From Macrostomum lignano (taxonomy: Eukaryota): a DNA stretch of 64,000 nt. The notes under the pieces were generated by a model. That model was not told the origin of the DNA, ran no database searches, and worked only from the letters and a program-made list of their open reading frames with translations. Numbering within the stretch: position 1 is the first letter of the stretch; every line of letters begins with the position of its first letter. The stretch covers positions 62,001 to 126,000 of the forward strand of contig NIVC01002933.1 of assembly GCA_002269645.1 (NCBI GenBank), in the 5' to 3' direction. Shown here piece by piece: positions 12,077 through 23,819 of this stretch. Position numbers and translations under genes: made by a program.

Positions 12077-15000
12077 GGCGGTTGAAGCAGGGAACTGTTT
12101 TCAAACGTTTTTAATTGTCAGTCTTAAGTATGTTGCCTTCACTTTACTAGGGTTACTGCTAATGCCACAGGGTTCTACCTACACTCTTCAGTACTGTCTA
12201 CTGTACTGCAGCTCTTTCCTCTGGATAAGGTTGTTCATATCGCGTGCGTTGCTTCCTTGTTAAAGGCTGCCTGTGATTCTGTTTATAGGCGTTTTCATTT
12301 TAGATGAAGTTTTCCTTTTTTACAAAACGTCTAAAATTAAATGTACTGCGGTGTCGTGAGTACACTATTAGCTACAGTGATGGAAATGTAAATTTCCTTC
12401 GCTTTCTTCACTTTGAACAGATAGAAAAACACATTTATACGAGCGTATATCTGCTTAAAACATGATCAGGTACAACCTATGACATTTCACGGACTACTTA
12501 AGTAGACGATATAAACGACAATTAAGTAGTCTGTGAATATGATTCGGTAAATAGCACTCTTTAACATTGGCATCAAATCAAAAGATTGACAAAACTTAAA
12601 ACATTTTTATGGCTCGCAATTCAGGCCACCCATTCGCAATTGAGGTGACATGTTTTCGTCAGGAAGAGGTCGCCGGCGCCCCGACTGGACAAAAAGCGGA
12701 TCCCGCTACCGGCCACAGTGCCAAAATGTCCAACTGGGTCAATGGACTCTAGTAGCTATGATATTAAAACGAAAAGCCATCGTATTCATTGAATTCATAC
12801 ATCATCAACATATAGCCCCTAAATAGTCGCGAACGAGAATGGCTGTTAACCAAACGAAAACAGAAAAATCACTTGAAGCAGAGAAAGATATTTAATTTTT
12901 AATATATTCATTGTCTCCTCTCGGCTTTCCCAGATAGATATTTTAGTACATTGGCTATGAATTATTGGAAAAGAACACTTCAACGCTGCTATCATGATCA
13001 AATTTCTTCAACTTTAACTCAGTGTGCAAAATTATACTCAACTCACAGTAGTGGTGTGTACTCGTAGGCACAATTAGAAGCCACCGATGTGCTTGGGAAC
13101 CAGATTTTTAAGCCGTTGATATTTTAAGCGGCTTTCCACGGATAATCCTTAATATCTCATCGCAAGCGGCAAGTCCAAGTGAAGCCCATAGCAATTCCGT
13201 GGATTCTCCAGCAGTGAAGAACGCATTCAATACTCGTACGAGGCTATTCTACGGCTTTTCCGGCTAAATCAGAATGGTAATGTTTCAAAGAAAAGAACTT
13301 CAAAGAAAACGTGAGTACAGTGCATGCGCACACAGTTGCCGCCCAGTTAAAAGGCGAAATGCAGACTCTACTTAGCTCGCAGTAGAGTGAAACATGGTGT
13401 ACGCCACAAAGTGTTTTTGTATTGCACATTGCAACTAAGTACAGTCAACACTGCACGTTTAAAAGGGAACTTGTTTTTTGCGCTTGGCATTGTACGCAAA
13501 GTTAGTACACTAAGTTTTTCGCAACCAAGCGATGGAGTTTTGCTGCTTTATAAACGCGTATAGGTTTCTCAGCATTGTGTCAACAAAAAATTAAGCAACA
13601 CCTCAAAAGAGGCCCAGAACTTCTAAAGAAATCCCGCAAGAATTGCTGGCTAGTTTTATGAAATGATTGATGTGATCTGATTTGGATAATTGCATTACTG
13701 ATATCAGAATAACTATATGATTACTAAACCCTGTATCTGTTAAACTGCAAGTAATGAGGTGCAGAGTAAGTATTTGTACGATGTCTTCCTTGTTAAAGGC
13801 TGCCTGCATGCATCTATTTATAGGCTTTATTCATTTTGGATGAAGTTCTACTTTTTATGTACGTCTAAAATTAAATGTACTGCGGTGCTGTAAGTACACT
13901 ATCAGCTACCGTGATAGAAATGTACACTTCCTTCGCTTTCTTAACTTTTGAACAGATATAAAAACACATTTATATATCTGCTTAAAACATGATCAGATAC
14001 GAGTACAATCTATGACGTTTTTGCATACAGCTGGTAAATAGGTATGAAAGGCTCATTGTGTATTATTGAAATATCACTAAAGAGTAATGTGAAAGATATT
14101 AGAAAAATAACGTTACTATCTTTTATGCTTCTACACTTCTGTAAACAGAACTTAAAAATTCATAGGTAATAGCTACTTGTTTAGGTATTCTCAATCCCAG
14201 CTAAATATTCATGAATATCCGAGTGTTAAAGGGATAAAACTATGAAATTGACAATAGAAAAATTCTAACAAAAGCAGAATTTGTCATCTGTTGCCTGATA
14301 ATTCTTTGCCTTCATTTTTTGTCTTTAATTTTGCCCAGACAAGAATTCAGTACTAGAATTCATAGACTACTAGAATAGGTTACTAGAATTCATTTCCAGA
14401 GTTCATAGACTACTCGAATAGGTTTCTAGAATTAATTAATAGAGCTCATAGACTACTAGAATAGGTTACTAGAGCTCATAGACTACTAGAATAGGTTACT
14501 AGAGCTCATAGACTACTAGAATAGGTTACTAGAGCTCATAGACTACTAGAATAGGTTACTAGAGCTCATAGACTACTAGAATAGGTTACTAGAATTCATT
14601 ACTAGAGCTCATAGACTACTAGAATAGGTTACTAGAATTAATTACTAGAGCTTATAGACTACTAGAATAGGTTACTAGAATTCATTTCCAGAGTTCATAG
14701 ACTACTAGAATAGGTTACTAGAATTCATTTCCAGAGTTCATAGACTACTAGAATAGGTTACTAGAATTCATTTCCAGAGTTCATAGACTACTAGAATAGG
14801 TTACTAGAATTCATTTCCAGAGTTCATAGACTACTAGAATAGGTTACTAGAATTCATTACTAGAATTCACTACGTTTTACCTTCAAGCCGTTTATAAAAA
14901 TTGCCTGAGCTATTTATAGAAATTACAATGAGATGCTCAATCTCAAAAAAAACTATCAGAAGCTGAGTGAGTACATGGCCAACAAATGCATCGCACTGCT

Positions 15001-15410
15001 CACGCTACTCAGTGTACATCAGCAACGTAAAAGAAGCGAAATTGATCAAAGTTCTTCCTGAAACATGAAACCTTCTACTTAAAACTAAAGCTTTCTTCTA
15101 CACTAACGGTGAGTAGTCAGTGATGTGTGAGTAAATTGAAAAATGAAAAACGAAAATTGAGTAATAGTAATAAAACGAGAACCGTAACTCATAAAGCCTA
15201 TAAACAGAATCACAGAAGCCTTTAACAAGGAAGCAACGCACGCGATATGAACAACCTTATTCAGAGGAAGAGCTGCAGTACAGTAGACAGTACTGAAGAG
15301 TTTAGGTAGAACCCTGTGGCATTAGCAGTAACCCTAGTAAAGTGAAGGCAACATATTTAAGACTGACAATTGAAAACGTTTGAAAACAGTTCACTGCTTC
15401 AACCGCCATG
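12076..15410. promoter_or_regulatory. Divergent intergenic region of copies 3 and 4. ~220-bp inverted duplicate upstream of each ATG (12076-12295 vs ~15190-15410), plus a direct partial copy at ~13790-14010
   Basis: GCGGTTGAAGCAG...CCTTGTTAAAGGCT...TGATTCTGTTTATAGGC is the reverse complement of the sequence before 15408. Promoter function is inferred from position only. Confidence 0.65.
14350..14870. repeat. Minisatellite with 30-bp (AGAGCTCATAGACTACTAGAATAGGTTACT) and ~43-bp variant units
   Basis: Tandem units read directly. Confidence 0.92.
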
Positions 15411-16628
15411 TCCGAGCTGCCTTCGAGTGTCGTGGCTGCCCGGCCGGTCTCCGATCTGCCGGCTCACCTGCAGTGCAGCAGCTGCTCCAAGCCGCTCTTC
15501 AACGCCCGACAGACTCCGCACGGGTGCCGCCTGTGCCAGGCCTGCGTCACCGGCCTGCTGCACGAGGTGGAGAAGCGGCCCTGTCCCGGACACACCGAGG
15601 CCTGTACACTCAGAGACCACCACTCGGAGGAGGACGCTAGCGGCCAGGTCGAGGTCGAGGTGAGCCAGGCTACCTGCTTTCCCGACATGGCGACGAGACG
15701 CGAGGTCGCCAAGCTGCGAGTCCGCTGTCCGAACTGCGACGCCGGCTGCTCTGTCCAACTCGAATGGGCTCGCATGGACCAGCATGTGCAACAGAGCTGC
15801 GACTGGCACTCACTCCGCTGTGAGCAGTGCAAAGAGCTCATCCTGAAGAAGGACATGCAGCGACACACCAGCAGCGAGTGTCGCCACAGGAAGGAGACCT
15901 GTGACCTGTGCTCTCAGCTGGTCACACACAGCGAAATGGAGACCAGTCACAGGAATCTGCAGTCCGATGTGTGCTGTCCGAGATTCTCAGCTCGCTGTCC
16001 TCACTGCTCGGAGCGGAGCACGCCGATGGACAGGCGGGGATATGTTGCTCACCTGTCGGAGTGTCCCGAGAGACCGGTAGAGTGCAAGTACTCTCACCTG
16101 GGCTGCAGGGCGATGGTGCGCAGGTCCGATCTGGAGAGGCACTACAGAGAAAGCATGGACTCTCACCTTGAGCTCATGGACTCGAAACTGAAGCAGGCAG
16201 CGATAGCTCAGCAGAGTCCTGGTGAGATTTGCTTTCCAAATCAGTAAATTGGTTAACCAGAAAAAGCTGCTACGAGCGTATTTTCGGATATTAAAAAAAA
16301 ATTTATACTTTTAGTATCTGCGGTCCCGCAGTCTTCTGTCGGTGCCGGAGCTCTTGCCGCCACAGCCACCGATGGACGCGATGTGGTCGACGTGAAGCGG
16401 CGAGTCGGCAGCGTCTTCGAGCAGTTCAAGAAGCTGCAGGTCAACGTGGCGAACTGGGCTCACAGCACCATGGAGCTCGAGCAGCTGGCTGACAGGTTCG
16501 GAGGCGTCTCGCAGCTGCGGACTCTGCTGAGCGGACTGGACGAGCGGACGAGGAGCGTCGAGCAGCTGCAGCAGCAGGTGCAGGAGCTCCAGCAGCAGGT
16601 GCAGCAGCTGCAGCGACATCGAGCCTGA
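15408..16628 (+). CDS. TRAF-like copy 4: RING + ZF + coiled coil, no MATH. Exons 15408-16221 and 16315-16628, 375 aa
   Basis: G|GTGAG donor, TTTTAG acceptor, in-frame exon 2 VKRRVGSVFEQFKKLQ...QQQVQQL, stop at 16628. Confidence 0.9.
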
Positions 16629-17260
16629 TGAATAAAACTAATACGCTCGTATTTTACTGTGTATGACTCAGTTCCTTGTTCAGTCCCTGGATTCACTTCC
16701 TAGAACCGCTGCAATGTGGAATGACGAAGTATATCCCATTGCTAAATTGTTCACTAGAAAATTCATGCTTTATGCTTCATATATGATTTTCATATCCAGA
16801 ATCAGTTCGTACGCTCAAATGACGACCAAAGGAGAGCTGCCAGTCTTTGCGCAAAGTTCGGCTGTTTTGGCTGACTAAATTAATTTTTTGTTCGGAACAC
16901 ATCCGGAGGTCAGTCCAATTGCTAGTAGAACAAATACACGAACACGGAACTAAATGACTAGCACGGACCCATCAGCGTGTGAGCGAGGCTATATTTAGAA
17001 AATGGACTGGACCTCTTTGTGAGACCAAATTGTCGATCGTGCAACTATTTAATAGGACATGCCACACACACAAACACAAGTAAAAAAGATCAAACGGTCC
17101 AATGGGGGCCACCAACACTCAAAACTACACAGACGAAATAGGAAAAGGAACGATTATTGTCTGTTTTTATTCATAAATCTGGAAACTGTGAACTTGGCTG
17201 GGTGGAATGCTCCGTAGTGCCTGTCAGGAAAATTTGTAGAGGACCAGGTAACTGATTAAA

Positions 17261-17437
17261 TGATTACCTGCTGAATTGATTACCTGCTGAATTGATTACC
17301 TGCTGAATTGACTACCTGCTGAATTGATTACCTGCTGAATTGATTACCTGCTGAATTGACTACCTGCTGAATTGATTACCTGCTGAATTGATTACCTGCT
17401 GAATTGATTACCTGCTGAATTGATTACCTGCTGAATT
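17261..17437. repeat. 16-bp minisatellite (TGATTACCTGCTGAAT) x11
   Basis: Tandem units read directly. Confidence 0.95.
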
Positions 17438-18182
17438 TGAGCACTCCATCTCTTCCTTCGCTTCCTGGATCGCGAATTCGTCCAGCTAGACCGGCTGCGC
17501 AATCCCGAGAGGGTTGAATCAGTGCAACATCTGCGTATTCGATCGATGCTTCCACGTTTGCTTCCCTTTATTTCGCGGCAGACGAGCAGTCGATGATCGG
17601 ACTACAGGTAATGCGCGGAATTCGACAACCCGATGTCCAGTTCCGAGACAAGGACTACTTAAGTAGATCTTCTTAAGTAGATGTAACGTCATCTTCCAGT
17701 GGTCCTTGTCACGAAAATGCGCCAGCGCATGCAATGCTCGAGCTGTGCTTGCCTTCAGGTTGCATTCTGTCCCAAATCGCAGAGGTCGAATGCAAGACCG
17801 CTCGATGACTTGTGACACCATGTCCTGCTTCTCTTGAGAATTAGCGTTCATATAGAACCATGCTCTAAGATGTCTTGAGTCAAATCAGAGCCGCTTCAAA
17901 TCAAACCCCACTGAAACAATGAGCAATGAGCAATGATGCAACCGAGCCAAGGGATTTTTTGCACTTCACTGGGAGCCGAAATGCTGTCGAAAGACAAACT
18001 CATCCGAATACACTTCAGAAACAGTTGGTTTAATTCACTACCCTTTGCATCCCAACGTAAAGCAGAGCGGTCAATCAAAGCACTAAGTGTCGTTGGAGAC
18101 TTTAATCTTTTATGTGAACAATAAAATGTGACCTTACTTGTACCTTATTTTTAGATAAAATTTAGTATATGGGATATTTTTA

Positions 18183-18500
18183 GGGGCCGCACTCCCGTGG
18201 TCTAGCGCGACGTTCTGATGTGCTCGAAGACACAGGCTCGATTTCAAGTGCAGTCACAGTATTTCGGGGCTGAATTGGAAATTGGAATCTTGGTTTGCAT
18301 CTGCTGGTGCAATAAACGACCTTGAGGGCCAACCCCCAAGGCACAGTGAAGTAACATTCATAAAGTTGGGCCGCTGTACACTCCTGTGTGAATGCATGCC
18401 TGTGCGCATGACTGCAAACGTATCCGCGCGCTTGTGTGCCTTCTCAAGAGAGTCGACGGAATGGACAGTAGTGCCTCTCGCCGGTTGTGTGACAATGTCG
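18183..18500 (+). mobile_element. Degenerate tRNA-derived SINE. Related copies at ~32765-32930 (+) and ~36440-36780 (-)
   Basis: Weak A/B-box-like head (TGGTCTAGCG...GGCTCGATTT). Body GGCCAACCCCCAAGGCACAGTGAAG is shared with ~32788; the 36.7-kb copy has B-box GGTTCGATTCC on the minus strand. Confidence 0.55.
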
Positions 18501-19278
18501 CTTAAGATGCGCCAGGGTGCACACAGCCCCCTGCCTCTAACAAAAAATTTTTTTCAGAGCAAATCTTAATAAAATGAATTGAAATGAGGCTTGCACCGCA
18601 AAAGTGCCGAACACATCACTGCGTTCTCTTTAAGCAGTCTTTCATAGCACGTTTGTGTATAATTATAATGTTTTGTATATTTTGTATTTTGTAATACGAG
18701 CTATTTTGTATTTTGTCCAAGCCCATCCCACTCCTTGGTTCGGTAGCTCCCCCTCTCTCTGTTAACTTTTTGTAAGCGAGCTGCGCTTCCAGACTTTGCC
18801 TAAGCCAGGTTTTGAATTAACCATGTTTTGCTGGGCGTCTGCAAATTTGCGTTTCTGCTGTGGTGGAACGGCTGTTCGTGTTATCCGAAACGTCAACAGA
18901 CTTTTTAACCGAGTCCTGCTCAGCACAGCTCAACTCATTCCTCGTCAACTTTCCTCTACGCTTGTACCGACCTGCCTGTGGTTTGTGTCGCTTGCAACGC
19001 TTGGCTGGGATTCTCTCCGTTGCATTGCGTATTTTTCGGGATCTGCTTCAGCCTGCAGTCTTGCTATAAAAAAAGCTGCTTTCAATTCAAAAAGTTCGGC
19101 AAGCGGAACTTCCCATTCTGCTCGACACGCGGCTTCTACAGTTTGGAATGGGGAAGTCAACAGATCGGCGTTGGGATCAGAATGCCTGCTGAGTTAAAAA
19201 AAGCAGCTGCAGTTGCGAAATCATATCTGATTTACGACAGGATGACGGTTTAGCTTGATGTCAAAATACTCCTTGCAT

Positions 19279-20790
19279 AGCAGAGAGACAGCAGAGAGAC
19301 GGCAGAGAGACAGCAGAGAGACAGCAGAGAGAAAGCAGAGAGACGGCAGAGAGACAGCAGAGAGACAGCAGAGAGACAGCAGAGAGACAACAGAGAGACA
19401 TCAGAGAGACAGCAGAGAGACAGCAGAGAGACAGCAGAGAGACAGCAGAGAGACAGCAGAGAGACAGCAGAGAGACAACAGAGAGACAACAGAGAGACAG
19501 CAGACACAGCAGAGAGAGAGCAGAGAGACAGCAGACACAGCAGAGAGAGAGCAGAGAGACAGCAGACACAGCAGAGAGACAGCAGAGTGACAGCAGAGAG
19601 ACAGCAGAGAGACAGCAGAGAGACAGCAGAGAGACAACAGAGAGAGAGAGCAGAGAGAAAGCAGACACAGCAGAGAGACAGCAGAGTGACAGCAGAGAGA
19701 CAGCAGAGAGACAGCAGTGAGACAGCAGAGAGACAACAGAGAGACAGCAGAGAGACAGCAGAGAGACACCAGAGAGACAGCAGAGAGACAGCAGAGAGAC
19801 AGCAGAGAGAAACCAGAGAGACAGCAGAGAGACAGCAGAGAGACAACAAAGAGACAGCAGAGAGACAACAGAGAGAAACCAGAGAGACAGCAGAGAGACA
19901 GCAGACACAGCAGAGAGAGAGCAGAGAGACAGCAGAGAGACAACAAAGAGACAACAGAGAGACAGCAGAGAGACAGCAGAGAGACACCAGAGAGACAGCA
20001 GAGAGACAGCAGAGAGACAGCAGAGAGAAACCAGAGAGACAGCAGAGAGACAGCAGAGAGACAACAAAGAGACAGCAGAGAGACAACAGAGAGAAACCAG
20101 AGAGACAGCAGAGAGACAGCAGACACAGCAGAGAGAGAGCAGAGAGACAGCAGAGAGACAACAAAGAGACAACAGAGAGACAGCAGAGAGACAGCAGAGA
20201 GACACCAGAGAGACAGCAGAGAGACAACAGAGAGACAGCAGAGAGACAGCAGACACAGCAGAGAGACAGCAGAGTGACAGCAGAGAGACAGCAGAGAGAC
20301 AGCAGAGAGACAGCAGAGAGACAACAGAGAGAGAGAGCAGAGAGAAAGCAGACACAGCAGAGAGAGAGCAGAGAGACAGCAGACACAGCAGAGAGACAGC
20401 AGAGAGACAGTAGAGAGACAGCAGAGAGACACCAGAGAGACAGCAGAGAGACAGCAGAGAGACAGCACAGAGACACCAGAGACAGCAGAGAGACAGCAGA
20501 GAGACAGCAGAGAGACAGTAGAGAGACAGCAGAGAGACACCAGAGAGACAGCAGAGAGACAGCAGAGAGACAGCACAGAGACACCAGAGAGACACCAGAG
20601 AGACAGCAGAGAGACAGTAGAGAGACAGCAGAGAGACAGCACAGAGACACCAGAGAGACAGCAGAGAGACAGCAGAGAGACAGCAGAGAGACAACAGAGA
20701 GACAGCAGAGAGACAGCAGAGAGACAGCAGAGAGACAGCAGAGAGACAGCAGAGTGACAGCAGAGAGACAGCAGAGTGACAGCAGAGAGA
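19279..20790. repeat. 1.5-kb purine-rich 11-bp satellite (CAGCAGAGAGA)n
   Basis: Tandem units; source of the long low-complexity ORFs (RQQRDSRETAE / LSLCCLSAVS). Confidence 0.97.
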
Positions 20791-20997
20791 CGGTGGATCC
20801 GCCTATCGAAAAGCCGCCGCCACGCAGCTCAAGCGCAGACGTGGAAGACAGCCAATGAGAAATTGCCAAGCCATAAAGATAAACTGCTCACTGTCTCCAC
20901 GCAACGGAAGATGAACAGCGGAAGAGGAAATTTCCACTGCCTCGCCTAAATGAGCGGCAGCCTGAGATTTGCCGAGGAATTTCTTCGAGCTCTGAAA

Positions 20998-22530
20998 ATG
21001 TTATTCGGAATCATGTCACTTCTCTGTTGCACCGCCCTCGGTAAGTGCAACGCCGAATGTCAATTCTAAGCCCGTAATAGTCGCAGTTTCAACTCGCATT
21101 TCAAACCGATGGCTTGACTGACCTACCTCATGATATGAGAGACTAAAGCTCAATACTTTCGACTCAAACTGAAATTTCACAGGCTTGCAGCCAGACATTT
21201 CCAGCCGCTTCTTCGCCTTGGACCCCGGACCCGTCCGGATCGGCAACGCCTCCAGCAGCGAACTCGTCAACCTGACCGGCGTCAAGTCGCGGCTGCTGTG
21301 TCTGGCAGCGTGCCAGCGGAACGGCTGCCTGCTGGCTTCGCTCATCCCCAGCTCGAGCGTCTGCCAGCTGCTGCTGCTGAACAACGCGTCTCAGGCGCCG
21401 GGACCGGCCGGGACTCACGTGCAGAGACTCGTGGGCTCCGAGCCCGGCGCCAGGCTGTGGACGGCCGAGAACTTCACGGAGCTGATGAGGAAGAGGATGC
21501 TGAATGTCACCATTGAGCTGAGAAGTGAGTCACTCCACCTCATGGCTAGATGTCACTGCGATCTAAACACTCATGCTGTGCTTTGAGAGTCCAAATGGCG
21601 CCCTCTCTCACTGCAGACAGCGGCACGGGCAGGGCCGGCTCCATCCAGTCCGTGACGATCCCCTCGACCGGCTGCTACCGGATCGAAGTGTCGGGCGCCA
21701 GAGGCGGCACCAACTCCTTCTCAGGCAAGGCTGGCGGCAGCGGCGCCTTCGTGTCCGGCGCCTTCAACCTGACAGCCGGCACCCAGCTGAGCGTCGTGGT
21801 CGGACAGGCCGGCGGTCCGCCCAGCTCGAACTACAAGGGAGGCGGTGGAGGCGGCGGCAGCTTCGTGTACAGAACGGCAGACGAGCTGCTGCTGGCTGCG
21901 GCCGGAGGCGGCGGTGCTGGCACCTACAGCTCAGCTGGTGAGTCATTCTAGCAACTCAAACAGTGACCGAACGTGAGCATCATCATTGCCGCTTGAGTAG
22001 TGCAGAGCAAATTTTGATTTGTTTCAGGCCTGCCGGGCGAAGCCGGCCCGAATGGAACAGATGACACAGCGCCAAGCACGAGCCCCAAGAGCTACGGAGG
22101 CAGCAACGGACAGCCGGGCTTCAACAACCCGAGCGCCATGCCCACCAGCCACAACCACGGCGGCTGCGGCGCCGGCTGGCTGGGGAAGCCAGTGAACGCC
22201 AGGCGGGGGCCGAGCGATGGCGACGGAGGAGGCAGTCGGGCTGAAGGCTGGGTCGGCGGCGACGCCGGCGGCTCCAACACCGGCGACGGTGGGTTCGGCG
22301 GCGGCGGAGGCGGCGGCACGACGAACCCCAACTGGGGCGCTGCCGGGGCCGGCAGCGGCTTCAGCGGAGGCGGGGCCGGGTTCTACACCAGCCAGTCTGG
22401 AGGCGGCGGCGGTTCCTTCTGCTCCGGCAGCGGCTGCAGCGGCACCACGGGCGGCAACGCCGATCAGCACGGCCTGGTGTTCATCCGGCTGGTCCTGCCG
22501 CTGGGCGACTTCTGCGAGCACCTGACGTGA
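20998..22530 (+). CDS. Secreted protein: PAN/apple-like domain + ALK/LTK-type glycine-rich domain. Exons 20998-21040, 21183-21524, 21617-21937, 22028-22530; 402 aa
   Basis: Signal-peptide-like MLFGIMSLLCCTALG; CLAACQRNGC...VCQLL; IQSVTIPSTGCYRIEVSGARGG, GGGGGGSFVY, LLLAAAGGGG and GFGGGGGGG as in ALK/LTK Gly-rich regions. All three introns GT-AG phase 1; total length 1209 nt. Confidence 0.82.
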
Positions 22531-23002
22531 GGTGAGAAGGAATCTTCGCATCCTGCCCAAGATGCGTTATCGGGCCGTCCTACGCCCCTGACGAAGTTAA
22601 TAAGAGCAGTTTAAAAGCTGTTTTAATCGAACCTTGGATTGCTGATTGCCGAAATAGTGCTTTTTTCAAGCAGCTTTTTGAAGAAATAAAATCTTCGGTG
22701 CAAATTAGATTTGAGAAGCTCGGTTTTGTTTTTATTATTTTCTGCCTTTTCTTTCTCAAGGTCTTCCCACTGCATACTTCAGTTCTCGTTACTTTTCCTC
22801 TACTGAGCGACTTGCTTCCAGCTTTCAGAATTCAAAGCTGGGTGGCCGAGCGACTCCCGCTCCAAGGATCAAGGATTCGGCCGCGCATTCATTCATGTAC
22901 TTTCGATTTAGATAGCCTGTTGTAAATCTCTATGCAGACAAAGAGGTGTCCCGGTTTATTTTTGGAGTTCCAATGGGAGTCCCAAAGCCCCTGAATTGTA
23001 AG

Positions 23003-23345
23003 AGGCAGAGGGAAGGCAGAGAGAAGGCAGAGGGAAGGCAGAGTGAAGGCAGAGTGAAAGCAGAGTGAAAGCAGAGGGAAGGCGGAGGGAAGGCAGAGTG
23101 GAGGCAGAGGGAAGGCAGAGTGAAGGCAGATGGAAGGCAGAGGGATGGCAGAGGGATGGCAGAGGGAAGGCAGAGGGAAGTCAGAGTGAAAGCAGAGGGA
23201 GGCAGAGGGAAGGCAGAGTGAAAGCAGAGGGAAGGCAGAGGGAAGGCAGAGGGAAGGCACAGGGAAGTCAGAGGGAAGGCAGAGGGAAGTCAGAGGGAAG
23301 GCAGAGTGAAAGCAGAGGGAGGCAGAGGGAAGGCAGAGGGAAGGC
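23003..23345. repeat. 11-bp satellite (GGCAGAGGGAA)n
   Basis: Tandem units read directly. Confidence 0.95.
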
Positions 23346-23819
23346 GGATTCGCCTATCGGCAGGTTTAGGTATTGATACACCTCGCATTGACAGGGGGCC
23401 TAAGGGATTGTGACAAAAATAATGGCGCCCCCTCACAGTAATTTCAGCGCCCCTTCACAACAGGCCCCTGATATGCATGCGAGTTCCAGAAGGGCGCTTT
23501 CCCAAAACAGAAATTCGATATACGAGCGTACGACAATATTTTATCCAGCATTACGAAACAAAACTAGAAAAATTCGTTAATTGGAAGCTGTTTATTTTGC
23601 CGGAGCGTCATTTCGCCGGCAAGAGCGGAGCGGTTTGTACAGAGTACATGAGTAAACCATATACATATACTAATAGATCATTCGGTAGTCAGGTTATATG
23701 CACGAGGCCAAGGCCAAGCCTAAAAAGGTGATGGGTAAAAAGCCGCATCACCCCACAAGGACCAGTCTCGTAAAATCGAAAAAAACGGAAAATCCTTGAA
23801 AATAAATTTCCATAAAGCA

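Noticed and set aside
19250-20869. Long ORFs of 413-539 aa (LSLCCLSAVS / RQQRDSRETAE repeats)
   Set aside because: Translations of a stop-poor 11-bp satellite on both strands; no splice or codon evidence for a gene. The same applies to ORFs over the arrays at 2.6, 23.0, 24.4, 28.7, 32.4, 33.5 and 51.5 kb.
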